The notes: generated by a model from the sequence alone, not told the origin. DNA of 24,000 nt from Methanobacterium sp. MBAC-LM (GCF_049677355.1 NZ_CP187261.1:1815876-1839875); one strand, 5' to 3'. Counted from the stretch's first letter, positions 1 to 8,918 are shown. Program-made: numbers and translations.

Positions 1-508
1 ATTCTGCTAATTTTTCAAGATATTTGATCCATTCTTCGTCTTTCATATTAGGGAACGATGCGTCTGCATTGGAGTGGAAAAATTTACAGAGCGTAAGTGT
101 CTTAAGGTGGGGTGCAAAGTGCTTCAGGGTTGAAAGTCCCTGAGAACCAATATAATAAATTACACCTATAAACAAGACCAAATCATGCTGTCCTTCTCCA
201 TTTATCCCTTCCCAATCTGGATCTTTAAGAAGATTTACAATTTCAACTACTCCATAAGGCTTGCTCTTAATATCTGCCTCATTTAGTGTTTTAAATGTAT
301 CTCCTGTACTTACAATAGGAATATTCCACTTTTCTGCAATTAGTACGGCAAGTGACAGTACAGGACTCTCTTTTACAAGAGGCCCCATTACCATTAAAGG
401 TCTTTTTGCTTTTTTAAGCATCATTTCTGCCGTTTCTGGAGTTACAAGCAGGGCCTGTTTTGGGCCGGCTATAACTGTCGGTTGCCATGGGATTACTCTT
501 TCATTCAT
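1..508 (-). CDS. cdhB: CODH/ACS (acetyl-CoA decarbonylase/synthase) epsilon subunit CdhB; 3' end cut by the window edge
   Basis: Absent from the ORF track because it runs off the window. Hand translation of the minus strand from ATG 508-506 gives [72 protein letters not shown]..., open for 169 codons to position 2. A GGTGAT SD lies at 512-517, 3 nt from the ATG. The gene starts 19 nt downstream of cdhA, the usual cdhA-cdhB order. The listed + ORF 261..512 is its antisense shadow. Confidence 0.8.
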   Translation of the reverse strand, partial: MNERVIPWQPTVIAGPKQALLVTPETAEMMLKKAKRPLMVMGPLVKESPVLSLAVLIAEKWNIPIVSTGDTFKTLNEADIKSKPYGVVEIVNLLKDPDWEGINGEGQHDLVLFIGVIYYIGSQGLSTLKHFAPHLKTLTLCKFFHSNADASFPNMKDEEWIKYLEKLAE

Positions 509-527
509 TTAATCACCTTTTATGCAA

Positions 528-2894
528 TCATTTACCCCTTGCTTTTTCCCTAAAGGCCATTGTGGATGGTTCCTGCGGAAGTGCACGTGGTTCCCAACCT
601 GCCTCTTCCAGCATATTCATAACGTCTTTCTTGTAGGTTATAGGGATGTCTTTCTCATTTCTTATAAATTTAGAGATGTCATCAGGTATAGTACCAAAAT
701 ACTTCTTGTGAAGGTCTATATAATGATTTAATTTTATCTGTCTTCCCTTTGGAGTGTCATTAGGCCTTATACATAATTTCGCAATCATCACGGTTGCTTC
801 CCCGCGGTTTTCAGCCGCGTACATCAAGTGTTCAGGTGCTGGTTCTCCTTCAATTACTTCACCAGACCTTAAATCATTGAGGTTCCATTTTTCTTTCTTA
901 TCAGTTCTTCCAAGGTAAAGTCTACGATATTTAGAGCCGTGAGGTCCTACAACAACTGGTATTCCCCATCTGTTAACTCCAGTTGCTATTGCGGCAGCTT
1001 TCTGGGAATAAGCACCCCATGCAACACCGCATGCACCCACTCTATTTAATATGTAATCTGCTATTTCTTCGAAGTTTCCTTCAAGGGGTTTTTGAGCAAA
1101 AATATTGGCTATCTTTATACATGCACCTGAAACATGGGCATTTGAAACGCATGACCCCATGTTTACAAGACCTTTAGCATCGAATTCTCCACCGTATTTT
1201 TCATAGAGTGTTTTTCCTTCCTCATCTCTGTATTCCCCTATAGACATTGCACCACAACCGGTGGTTACGACGATGTAATTTCGCTCAAGGAATTCTTCTG
1301 CCATTTTTGCAACTTCTAAACCGCCTTCAGGATAATTTGAACAGCCTACAAATGCTATAACTCCTGGAATATCTCCAAGAACAATTGGGGCACCTACTCT
1401 TCTTATTTCAACATCCTGAACTGGTCCCCTACCTGCCCTCATATTGTACTTCTGGTCTTTTATGTAATGTTCTCCCACCTTGGTAATCATTGACATGAGT
1501 GGAAGTTCCCTTTCACACTCCTGTTCACACCGGCCACAGGAATAACATGTGTCGTATTCGTACAGCTCAACAAATTTGGAAAAATCGCCTTTACCAGCTG
1601 CAACAACTGCATCCATCATAGGTTTACCATTTGGACATACACGTACACACCATCCACATTCAGTACATTCTTTAGCCATTTCCTGAATTTCATCAAGATC
1701 TGGAAGTATTTTGAGGTTTTCACGTTCATCTGCAATTTTCATTGCTACCCTTGTGGCAACTTCACCAACTTTTTCAGGATCAAGTATTAAAGCCCCTTCA
1801 ATTTCTCTGCAAACAAGTTTTGAAACTATTTCATCCGCATCTTCATCTGTAAGGTCAGGAAGTCCAAGGCACATTTTATCTGTGGTTGCAATAACTGCTG
1901 CTTTATTTTTTACGGCTTCTTCAAGCACATCGGTTCGTATACACTGCTCATCAACAACTATTACATCTGCAACGCCACTTCTAATGAATTTAAGCTGCTT
2001 TGAAAGCGGCCCTACCACTTTAGCTGCTTTGTTATATCTTGAAATATCGATGGCAGCACAGCATATTCCACACACTTCAACTTCTTCTTCAAGACCTTGA
2101 TCTTCCATATAATCCATTATTCCAGCGCCAGGGACTACATTGTGTCCAATACACAGAACTACAGGTTTTTTACTGTCAATTGTTCCAAGCCCCATCTCTA
2201 TCAAAGGAGCATCTTCATCACCTTTAGGCATTCCAAGGGCTACGATCTGTGCAAGATCCCCTGCCTCTCTTGCAAGGTCATCCATAAGTCCTGCATGCAT
2301 TGCTTTTGATTCAAAATCAAGATGATTGCCTTCCTGTCCAGTATGGCAGGCTGAAAGAAGGTGTGATAATTGTTCTTCAGTATAACTAAGTACTTCTTTT
2401 AAATCGCCCAGCTTTTTAGGCTTTTTACCTATAAGTGTCCTTATCAAGGGAGCTTCTATGTCCATATTCATTCCAAGATCAATTGCAAAATCAGCCCCAT
2501 ATTTTTCTATTAAATGGTCAACAAGGTGACGTGCATGTCCAGCATGGGCAGCTGTCCCAATACAACAGGCTAAAAGCACTATTCTTGCTTGCTGAGCCTG
2601 TATATCAATTCCACATGCCCCTTTTTTACCAGTTAAATCACACTTTCCAAATGTACATAAACAGCACATATCACAGAAAGGTGCATAGAATGGTTCATAT
2701 CTTTCCAGTAATTTCATGTCCCAAGATCTTAAATCAGTTACATTAGGTTTAGGGGTCGGCCCCATTGATTCAGGAGCTGTTTCCACTTCCTTTTTTTCAA
2801 CTATTTCACCAATTGAGACTTTGAAATTTTTTGACTTCCAAAAATCATTTTTGAATTCTTTAGGTTTGTTTTTCGGTGTCACAGTAATCACCAA
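528..2894 (-). CDS. cdhA: CODH/ACS alpha subunit CdhA (Ni-Fe-S carbon monoxide dehydrogenase catalytic subunit)
   Basis: 788-aa ORF with N-terminal Cys clusters ([21 protein letters not shown]), two ferredoxin-type 4Fe-4S motifs ([23 protein letters not shown]) and further conserved Cys ([23 protein letters not shown]). It is followed by cdhB. The start is ambiguous between TTG 2894, GTG 2891 and GTG 2882. The GGTGAT at 2892-2887 followed by a 4-nt spacer matches the SD spacing of other genes here and favours GTG 2882. Confidence 0.9.
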   Translation of the reverse strand: MVITVTPKNKPKEFKNDFWKSKNFKVSIGEIVEKKEVETAPESMGPTPKPNVTDLRSWDMKLLERYEPFYAPFCDMCCLCTFGKCDLTGKKGACGIDIQAQQARIVLLACCIGTAAHAGHARHLVDHLIEKYGADFAIDLGMNMDIEAPLIRTLIGKKPKKLGDLKEVLSYTEEQLSHLLSACHTGQEGNHLDFESKAMHAGLMDDLAREAGDLAQIVALGMPKGDEDAPLIEMGLGTIDSKKPVVLCIGHNVVPGAGIMDYMEDQGLEEEVEVCGICCAAIDISRYNKAAKVVGPLSKQLKFIRSGVADVIVVDEQCIRTDVLEEAVKNKAAVIATTDKMCLGLPDLTDEDADEIVSKLVCREIEGALILDPEKVGEVATRVAMKIADERENLKILPDLDEIQEMAKECTECGWCVRVCPNGKPMMDAVVAAGKGDFSKFVELYEYDTCYSCGRCEQECERELPLMSMITKVGEHYIKDQKYNMRAGRGPVQDVEIRRVGAPIVLGDIPGVIAFVGCSNYPEGGLEVAKMAEEFLERNYIVVTTGCGAMSIGEYRDEEGKTLYEKYGGEFDAKGLVNMGSCVSNAHVSGACIKIANIFAQKPLEGNFEEIADYILNRVGACGVAWGAYSQKAAAIATGVNRWGIPVVVGPHGSKYRRLYLGRTDKKEKWNLNDLRSGEVIEGEPAPEHLMYAAENRGEATVMIAKLCIRPNDTPKGRQIKLNHYIDLHKKYFGTIPDDISKFIRNEKDIPITYKKDVMNMLEEAGWEPRALPQEPSTMAFREKARGK

Positions 2895-2899
2895 ATTAG

Positions 2900-3012
2900 T
2901 AATGATTTATAATGATAGTTTAGATAGGGTTCCACCATTATATAAAGTTTGCTTTAATTATTAATGATTTATAATGATATTTTAAAGTAGAGCGTCACCT
3001 TATATAAATTTT
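2900..3012 (-). promoter_or_regulatory. Tandemly duplicated (62-bp period) promoter module upstream of cdhA: an exact 18-bp repeat plus a BRE/TATA box in each copy
   Basis: TAATGATTTATAATGATA occurs exactly at 2900-2917 and 2962-2979. Each copy is followed about 20 bp later by CACC(A/T)TTATATAAA (2934-2946 and 2996-3008). On the minus strand these read AAACTTTATATAATGG and AAAATTTATATAAGG, both canonical archaeal BRE/TATA. The proximal TATA centre is about 25 nt upstream of the 18-mer, which would therefore be the initially transcribed or operator region. Confidence 0.55.
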
Positions 3013-3513
3013 ATCCTTATTTTTCAAAAAATGAGTTATTTTGTAATACCAGATTTACACTAATATAACCTAATTTATTGATTTTTAATTTTCATATCCT
3101 TATATTGATCATTATTTTAACTTAAAACCAATTCAGTATCCTTTTTCCAAAATCCAATATTTTTTTATTATTTATTATCATTTACTTATTATCTTATGAA
3201 GTTCACTTAATTTGAAAACACTCCCAAAAAAAGTTATATTAAATAATTCCCTATTTTTCTAACTATATACTACATAAAAGAATAAAAATTAAATTTGAAG
3301 TTTTAAAACAATATATTAAAAAATTAAAAGTGAAATAAACAATATATAATCTGTTTTGATTATCTCCTACATTTTAGTTATTACAATATATAATTATCAT
3401 TCATATAGAATAATTGTTAACCGTTAAAAAAAGCTTTAATCATTTTTAACAGTATTAAAAACCATTTTATACGTTTCAACAATTATAATACACGAATTTT
3501 ATAAAATACCACT

Positions 3514-5076
3514 TTAGTTAAACTTATCTCGTTTAAAATAGCCTACTGCAATCAACACTATAAGAGCCAATATTCCTAGACTAGCATAAGGATTACTTTT
3601 TATCGCATTTATAGTGTTTTTAATTGATACTTCCACACCATTTTTTCCACCACTTGATCCTCCACTTAACCCATTAGATTCAAGATTTCCAAATAATCCA
3701 ATTCCCGATCCGGTCCCATTACCGTTAGCAGTTCCGCTACCACTGCCAAGAAAAGAACCGTTATTATTACCTCCAATAGTACCATTACCATTACCAATAG
3801 ACGAGCCATTACCCGAATTTGTTTTTCCACCTGTCTGATTATTTTTATTGGTATCTTCATCGATGAAATCCAACGAGCCTACTTGATCTGAAAATAACAT
3901 ACCGCACATCCCCACCATAGGACATACATGAGTCTGACTAGGGTCATTGGTGCCGTACCAGTTAGCTCCTACTATAAAATCATGAGATAATGCTGGAGAA
4001 CCTCTAATAGAAAACTGTTCATTATTTGTTATACTATTATCCTCAATTTTAATCAATGAATTAGATTCCTGATAATAGGTGCCTGCAATAATTCCATTTC
4101 CTGTTTCAGATGCATCTAAACCAGCAAAAATAGATTTATGGCTGTCTGTAAAATAATTATTACATACTGTATCATTGACACTGTAAGAATTTATATATAA
4201 TCCATTTAAATTCCCAGTGACATTATTTTTAGAAATATAAGTGTTTTTTGTCGTATCCTCTAAAGTTATACCATTTAACCGATTGTTACTGATCTTATTG
4301 TAAGAAACATTAACTTTATCAGTACCCGATAAATAAACCCCATACCCGTTTTTATTGATGTTATTGTCTTTAACAGAAACATTTTTAGAAGAATAAATCG
4401 ATATTCCGCTTAAAGTATTATTTGAGACATTATTTTTTTTTACATTAATACTCTCGGAATTATAAACATGTATTCCAGAGTAAGTATTGTTTGATATCTG
4501 ATTTTCATTTACAGTTATTTTTTTAGAATTTTCAATGTTTATACCATTTCCTTTAGAATTAAACAGACCATTTTTACTGACAGTAACATTGGAAACATTA
4601 TTTAACTTAATTGAACCTTTGTATCCTCCAGAAATATTATTAGAACTAATAGTTATGTTTTTAGCATTCTGGGCAATTATACCATAGTCAGAATTGGTCA
4701 GGATATTGAAGCCTGAAATTACACTTCCAGAACTATTTTTAGCAAAATAGAAAGCAAATGTTTCGGTTATCCCCATATTCGATCCATTGATACCAGTAGA
4801 ACTACTACTGCAGATAATCGTGTTTATATGGCTAATGATGTTCAATTTTTTGTTTATTATTAAAGAGATATTGCTGTAACTGTTTCCCATGAAATTAATG
4901 GTATCCCCTGACTGTGCCCCATCGATTAATGATTGAATGTCATAATTCTGTAGTCCAGAGCTCACATTAATAGTAGCTGCCGAAACTGGATTCAAGCTTA
5001 TTCCAAGAAAAATGACGATAGATAACAGTAAAAATATCGAACAGAAATTTATATTTTTAAAAGAATCTAAACTCAT
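3514..5076 (-). CDS. Secreted, C-terminally membrane-anchored right-handed parallel beta-helix repeat protein (adhesin-like surface protein)
   Basis: Sec-type signal peptide (hydrophobic core, then VSA/A). Many repeats of about 22 aa of the N-I/V-S-x-N...GI type typical of PbH1 beta-helix proteins. About 20 N-x-S/T sequons by hand count. A Gly/Asn/Ser low-complexity linker, then a C-terminal TM helix with a basic tail (LGILALIVLIAVGYFKRDKFN). SD GTGAT lies 3 nt before the ATG. Confidence 0.8.
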   Translation of the reverse strand: MSLDSFKNINFCSIFLLLSIVIFLGISLNPVSAATINVSSGLQNYDIQSLIDGAQSGDTINFMGNSYSNISLIINKKLNIISHINTIICSSSSTGINGSNMGITETFAFYFAKNSSGSVISGFNILTNSDYGIIAQNAKNITISSNNISGGYKGSIKLNNVSNVTVSKNGLFNSKGNGINIENSKKITVNENQISNNTYSGIHVYNSESINVKKNNVSNNTLSGISIYSSKNVSVKDNNINKNGYGVYLSGTDKVNVSYNKISNNRLNGITLEDTTKNTYISKNNVTGNLNGLYINSYSVNDTVCNNYFTDSHKSIFAGLDASETGNGIIAGTYYQESNSLIKIEDNSITNNEQFSIRGSPALSHDFIVGANWYGTNDPSQTHVCPMVGMCGMLFSDQVGSLDFIDEDTNKNNQTGGKTNSGNGSSIGNGNGTIGGNNNGSFLGSGSGTANGNGTGSGIGLFGNLESNGLSGGSSGGKNGVEVSIKNTINAIKSNPYASLGILALIVLIAVGYFKRDKFN

Positions 5077-5417
5077 TTTATCACATTTTCTAAATACTGA
5101 TTATTTTTAAGACGGTAATACACTTTTTTAAATCTTAATTATTCATTTTCTTAATTATTTGCCCTTTAATCAGGATTAAGTTTAGCTGATTTATATATTT
5201 ATACTTGACGATTGGTAGATTTATTCTTTATATAATAAACTAGATTTAACTTATTTGAGATCAAAAATAAGCAATTTTAAGCCTTTTAAATTATTAAATA
5301 TATACCAATAAATATTATATTAAGATATGGGCCTCATTAAATCCACCTATCGATATGTATAAATATGATGCTCCATAATTATTCTTTTTAAATTATATAA
5401 GACGGGAGAGGATAAAA

Positions 5418-7100
5418 TTGAATAAAAGTATGAAGTCTTTAATAGTCTTCCTTGTTTTCCTATCGATTATCGGTTCTGGAATTTCCAGTGCTTCTGCAGC
5501 TACAGTTACTGTGAAAGATGGAGCAACTAATACAGAAATCCAGTCCATTATTGATGGAGCACAATCAGGAGACACAATAAAATTTCTAGGAAGTGAATAT
5601 GATAACATATCTCTAGTGATAAATAAAACACTGAATTTAGTAGGTGCAGCAGGTGGAACAGCAATAAAAGCCATCAGCAACTGGAGTTATATTCCTTCAA
5701 CTGTACAGAATAATGGTATAAACAATACAGCAGCTTTTTATTTCTTAAATACAGCAGAATGTTCCATATCCGGATTTAATATAACAAGCATGGCCAATTC
5801 AGCCAGCAGCATAGGTTACAACAATACATTGATCTATGCACAAAATGCAAGTAAACTTAATATATACAACAACAACCTGAATTTCTCTTCATGGGGAATA
5901 TATTCCAATGTATGTCCAAACGTAATCATCAATAACAATACTGTCAGCAACATGACCACTACAGGTATTATCAGTTTTGGTTCAGCATACGCATTAATAA
6001 CAAATAATACGGTCTTAAATTGTGCTAATCATGGTATTGATGTAAGGCACGGGCTTGGTCCTAATGCCACAGTTTGTGGAAACTTGATTAATGGTGCCAG
6101 TGAAGGTATCTATTTAATGCACTCTGCAGGACATGATGTCTACAACAATACCATCTTAAATTGCGCATTAAGTTCAATAACAGCATATGGTGCAGGAAAT
6201 ATCAATATAACAAATAATACCATGACTAAATCTCTTGTAGGAGTAATGCTTTCATCTGGTTTCTACAATGTAAGCATACAAAATAACAACTACAGTTTGA
6301 CCACAACTGCGTTCCCTTATACATTCCCTTACTATGTAATGGTAGCTGACAGCAGTACCGGCAGTAAAACTACCGCTAATGGAACATTTACCGACTCTGC
6401 ACGTGAAGTTTCAGATATTTCAATGAGTTCATCTTACTCAAATTCCAGCATAACCAACGGTAAAAGCACCACTTACACTGTAAAAGTTTCAAACAATGGA
6501 AACGGAGCAGCAAGTAATGTCAACATAAGTAAAATTTTACCTTCCTCAAATTACACAAGCTATAAATTGGTAGCTGTTTCTAAAGGTAGTTTTAACTCAG
6601 CCACCGGGACATGGAATGTTGGTAACTTAAGTTCAGGCAATGAAGCCATGATTGTGTTCACTGTAACAGCTAAAAAAGCAGGAAACATATCAACCAGTGC
6701 TTCTGCAAATTACACAGACTATGCCGGTGATAAATCATTAAATACGCTAAAATCAACTTTAACAATAAATAAAGACATTAGATTATCTTATAATAACACA
6801 GTCAGCAGTACCAAAGTTAAAAAAGGCAAATATGTCTACATAGCAAGTGCTGTTAGCAACACAGGAATAGACAAATCAGGTACTGTTAAAATCAAAATAA
6901 CATTACCAGCTGGAATGAAATTAATTGCCGTTAACTATCCATCAGTGTACAATTCAGCCACTAAAACATGGACTTTCACTGTACCTGCATCAAAAGCATA
7001 TGCATTCAAAGTCAAAGCACAGGTCACATCAACAGGAAACAAAAAAATAACATTCAATGACAACGGTAAAATCCAATATAAATATATCACTGGATATTAA
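5418..7100 (+). CDS. Secreted beta-helix repeat protein with two C-terminal DUF11-like repeat domains (adhesin-like protein)
   Basis: Signal peptide ending SASA/A. The N-terminal roughly 50 mature residues are clearly paralogous to the divergent neighbour (IQSIIDGAQSGDTIKFLGSEYDNISLVINKTLNL versus IQSLIDGAQSGDTINFMGNSYSNISLIINKKLNI). Beta-helix N-rich repeats are present. The C-terminus holds two modules resembling the DUF11 conserved repeat domain (TYTVKVSNNGNGAASNVNISKILP...WNVGNL...). There is no C-terminal TM. The TTG start at 5418 is supported by GAGGAT plus a 4-nt spacer. An alternative ATG lies at 5430. Confidence 0.8.
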   Translation: MNKSMKSLIVFLVFLSIIGSGISSASAATVTVKDGATNTEIQSIIDGAQSGDTIKFLGSEYDNISLVINKTLNLVGAAGGTAIKAISNWSYIPSTVQNNGINNTAAFYFLNTAECSISGFNITSMANSASSIGYNNTLIYAQNASKLNIYNNNLNFSSWGIYSNVCPNVIINNNTVSNMTTTGIISFGSAYALITNNTVLNCANHGIDVRHGLGPNATVCGNLINGASEGIYLMHSAGHDVYNNTILNCALSSITAYGAGNINITNNTMTKSLVGVMLSSGFYNVSIQNNNYSLTTTAFPYTFPYYVMVADSSTGSKTTANGTFTDSAREVSDISMSSSYSNSSITNGKSTTYTVKVSNNGNGAASNVNISKILPSSNYTSYKLVAVSKGSFNSATGTWNVGNLSSGNEAMIVFTVTAKKAGNISTSASANYTDYAGDKSLNTLKSTLTINKDIRLSYNNTVSSTKVKKGKYVYIASAVSNTGIDKSGTVKIKITLPAGMKLIAVNYPSVYNSATKTWTFTVPASKAYAFKVKAQVTSTGNKKITFNDNGKIQYKYITGY

Positions 7101-7137
7101 ACTGTAAATTAACAGTTTAAATTTCTTTATTTTTTTT
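7097..7137 (+). terminator. Hairpin plus T8 tract downstream of the adhesin-like gene
   Basis: TTAAACTGT-aaatta-ACAGTTTAA forms a 9-bp stem at 7097-7120 that overlaps the TAA stop. A run of eight T follows at 7130-7137. Oligo-T is the usual archaeal termination signal. Confidence 0.5.
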
Positions 7138-7182
7138 GAATTATTCAGTTTTACAAAATTAAATTTTAAAACGGTGGATAAC

Positions 7183-7890
7183 ATGTTAAATTTAATATGG
7201 CAGTTGGGGATACTATCGGTAGTTCTATTGTTCGGCGTTAAAATCGGCCTTGCTATGGGGTTTTCGGGCCTTTCAAAAAAAGTTGCAGTTTCCATAGCAG
7301 CAGGTTACGGTTTGGGAATATATATTCTGTCTTTTATAATCTCAAGATATACCAGTACGTTTTATAACTTCATATCTGATTATAATTCTGCCATTTTTCT
7401 AATAATGGCATTAATTATCATATATACCGGTTTTTATACAATTAAAGAATGGAAAATACACCAAAAAAATCATGCTAAGGCCACATGTGCGGCCATGATA
7501 GCTCCAAGTCCATGTTGTTTTGGAATGATTGGGGCAGCAATAATAATGATATCTCCAATAATAGGAGCTTCTAGCGTAGTTATTGGACAATATGCAGGGG
7601 TTTTTTTAAGTTTAACCATATTAATAGTTTATTTTGCTTCAGAGGCTATAACCCGGATCACAAAAAAACCATATCCCATTCTACTGGGTAATTTTATGCT
7701 TTTTGCAGGATTCTATTTCATAGCATCAGTAATTGTGATTCCCAATATAAATAAAGTTCTTGAGTCTCCAATGAGCCCCATGAACATACCATCTAGCGAA
7801 ACATTAACTTACGTATCAATATTTGCCATCATATTGATATTCAGCGGGTTTTATGTAACAAAAAAACGAAGTAGTCTAGTACAGAAATAA
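7183..7890 (+). CDS. Polytopic membrane protein, DUF2162-like predicted transporter with an intramembrane Cys motif
   Basis: Highly hydrophobic product with multiple predicted TM helices. An APSPCCFG motif, preceded by HQKNHAKATC, lies in or next to a hydrophobic segment. ATG 7183 is preferred over the track start GTG 7174 because GGTGGA sits 4 nt upstream of the ATG. It is first in an operon with the ExbB-like and ExbD-like genes. The family name is recalled from the conserved methanogen gene trio, not searched. Confidence 0.6.
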   Translation: MLNLIWQLGILSVVLLFGVKIGLAMGFSGLSKKVAVSIAAGYGLGIYILSFIISRYTSTFYNFISDYNSAIFLIMALIIIYTGFYTIKEWKIHQKNHAKATCAAMIAPSPCCFGMIGAAIIMISPIIGASSVVIGQYAGVFLSLTILIVYFASEAITRITKKPYPILLGNFMLFAGFYFIASVIVIPNINKVLESPMSPMNIPSSETLTYVSIFAIILIFSGFYVTKKRSSLVQK

Positions 7891-7903
7891 AAGAGGTGAT
7901 TTA

Positions 7904-8578
7904 ATGACAGCAATTCTTGGAAGCGAAGCATTAAGCAGTTTAATGTATGTAATAGCACAGAGTTTAATTATACCTGTTATTGCAGCGCTGTTAATATTCA
8001 TGGTGTATACGATTATACAGGTTGGAGGAATATTATCTGAGTATTCCAACAGAATCAAAACCGATGTAAACGAAATTGAAGAACTTTTAAACAGTATTTC
8101 CACTCAGGAAACTCCTGATGGAATTAAGGAAGTTGCAGAAAGAAGCAATCTCCCAAAAAGCCACAGGGAAATACTGAGCAAAATAGCAGTAAATAGCAAT
8201 CTAGGCGAAAAATCAAGGGAAGCATTTGCCAGAAAGTTAATTGAAGCAGAACAAATTAATGCAGCCAAACGCATCGAAAAAACTGATGTTATCGCGAAAA
8301 TTGGCCCCGCTATAGGACTAATGGGAACATTGATACCCCTTGGACCCGGGCTGTCTGCCTTAGGGTCTGGAGATATAGCCTCCCTGTCACAAAATCTAGT
8401 GGCTGCATTTGATGCAGCAATTGTCGGTCTAGGAGCAGCTGCAGTTGCATTCACAATATCTAGAATAAGAAGAAGATGGTACGAAGATCAACTTTCAACT
8501 CTTGACACTTTAGCAGAATCTACATTGGAGGCATTACAAAATGCTAAGAAGAAGACCAAAACTAATGGATACCAATGA
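7904..8578 (+). CDS. MotA/TolQ/ExbB proton-channel family protein
   Basis: 224 aa with an N-terminal TM, a soluble insert, then two C-terminal TMs carrying the family signature (IGPAIGLMGTLIPLGPGLSALG). A strong SD GAGGTGAT lies 3 nt before the ATG, and the gene starts 13 nt after the upstream stop. Confidence 0.8.
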   Translation: MTAILGSEALSSLMYVIAQSLIIPVIAALLIFMVYTIIQVGGILSEYSNRIKTDVNEIEELLNSISTQETPDGIKEVAERSNLPKSHREILSKIAVNSNLGEKSREAFARKLIEAEQINAAKRIEKTDVIAKIGPAIGLMGTLIPLGPGLSALGSGDIASLSQNLVAAFDAAIVGLGAAAVAFTISRIRRRWYEDQLSTLDTLAESTLEALQNAKKKTKTNGYQ

Positions 8579-8873
8579 AGAAATCGATCCAATGTCATAT
8601 GCAGTAAACATGGTTGACTGCATGTTAGTTTTAGCTGTAGGATTTTTGATATTTACAGTAATGTCCTTTGGGATGCAGAGCGTTGTATTCAGTAATGCAA
8701 CACCACAGGAAAAACAAGAAATCATGAAAACTGTTCAGCAAACAGTTGAAATCCAAGAGGGAAAAGAAGTAAACACCACTTCTCAAACCAAATCAGGCGA
8801 AGGTAGTGGGTATGAACAAGTAGGAACCGTCTATAAAGATCCAAAAACTAATAAATTGATTATGGTTAACTAA
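8541..8873 (+). CDS. ExbD/TolR-like single-pass protein (DUF2149-like)
   Basis: Basic N-terminus (MLRRRPK), then one TM helix whose cytoplasmic edge reads MVDCMLVLAVGFLIF. This closely parallels the ExbD/TolR segment F-I-D-V-M-L-V-L-L that contains the essential proton-relay Asp. The extracytoplasmic tail is only about 70 aa. GGAGG lies 10 nt upstream of ATG 8541, and the ORF overlaps the ExbB-like ORF by 38 nt. An alternative ATG lies at 8565. Confidence 0.65.
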   Translation: MLRRRPKLMDTNEEIDPMSYAVNMVDCMLVLAVGFLIFTVMSFGMQSVVFSNATPQEKQEIMKTVQQTVEIQEGKEVNTTSQTKSGEGSGYEQVGTVYKDPKTNKLIMVN

Positions 8874-8918
8874 AAATTTTATAAAATGACATTTTTTACG
8901 TACAAAAAATTAATAAAA

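Noticed and set aside
261-512. 83-aa + strand ORF from the supplied track
   Set aside because: It lies entirely antisense to a much better minus-strand reading frame (cdhB) that has an SD, operon context and a recognisable sequence. Its own product is low-complexity and hydrophobic with no start context.
522-2964. Several + strand ORFs (522..731, 983..1177, 1711..2100, 2039..2227, 2097..2309, 2140..2325, 2435..2746, 2716..2964)
   Set aside because: All are antisense shadows inside or at the edge of the 788-aa cdhA frame. None has an SD or recognisable motifs.
3614-3860. ORFs 3614..3838 (+) and 3666..3860 (-), including a Pro/Leu-rich 74-aa product
   Set aside because: They are alternative-frame readings of the Gly/Asn/Ser low-complexity repeat region of the 520-aa surface protein gene. 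Repetitive codons keep the other frames open by chance.
5393-5680. 95-aa minus-strand ORF overlapping the start of the 560-aa adhesin-like gene
   Set aside because: It is antisense to a strongly supported gene (signal peptide, SD, paralogy to the neighbour) and has no independent support.
7029-7295. 88-aa minus-strand ORF spanning the adhesin 3' end, the terminator and the DUF2162-like 5' end
   Set aside because: It crosses a hairpin/T8 terminator and two better-supported genes on the other strand, so it is spurious.
8104-8454. 116-aa minus-strand ORF, and similar antisense ORFs at 8962..9294, 10057..10278, 13124..13489, 13865..14298, 15060..15914, 17780..17965, 19985..20227, 21009..21485, 21988..22194 and 23533..23730
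   Set aside because: Each is fully embedded antisense in a longer ORF with recognisable family motifs and proper translation signals.
7904-8873. MotA/ExbB-like plus single-pass partner as a Zorya-type (ZorAB) anti-phage defence system
   Set aside because: The 224-aa channel protein lacks the long C-terminal tail of ZorA. The partner lacks a peptidoglycan-binding domain. No ZorC/D/E-like nuclease or helicase genes are adjacent. The context is metal transport.
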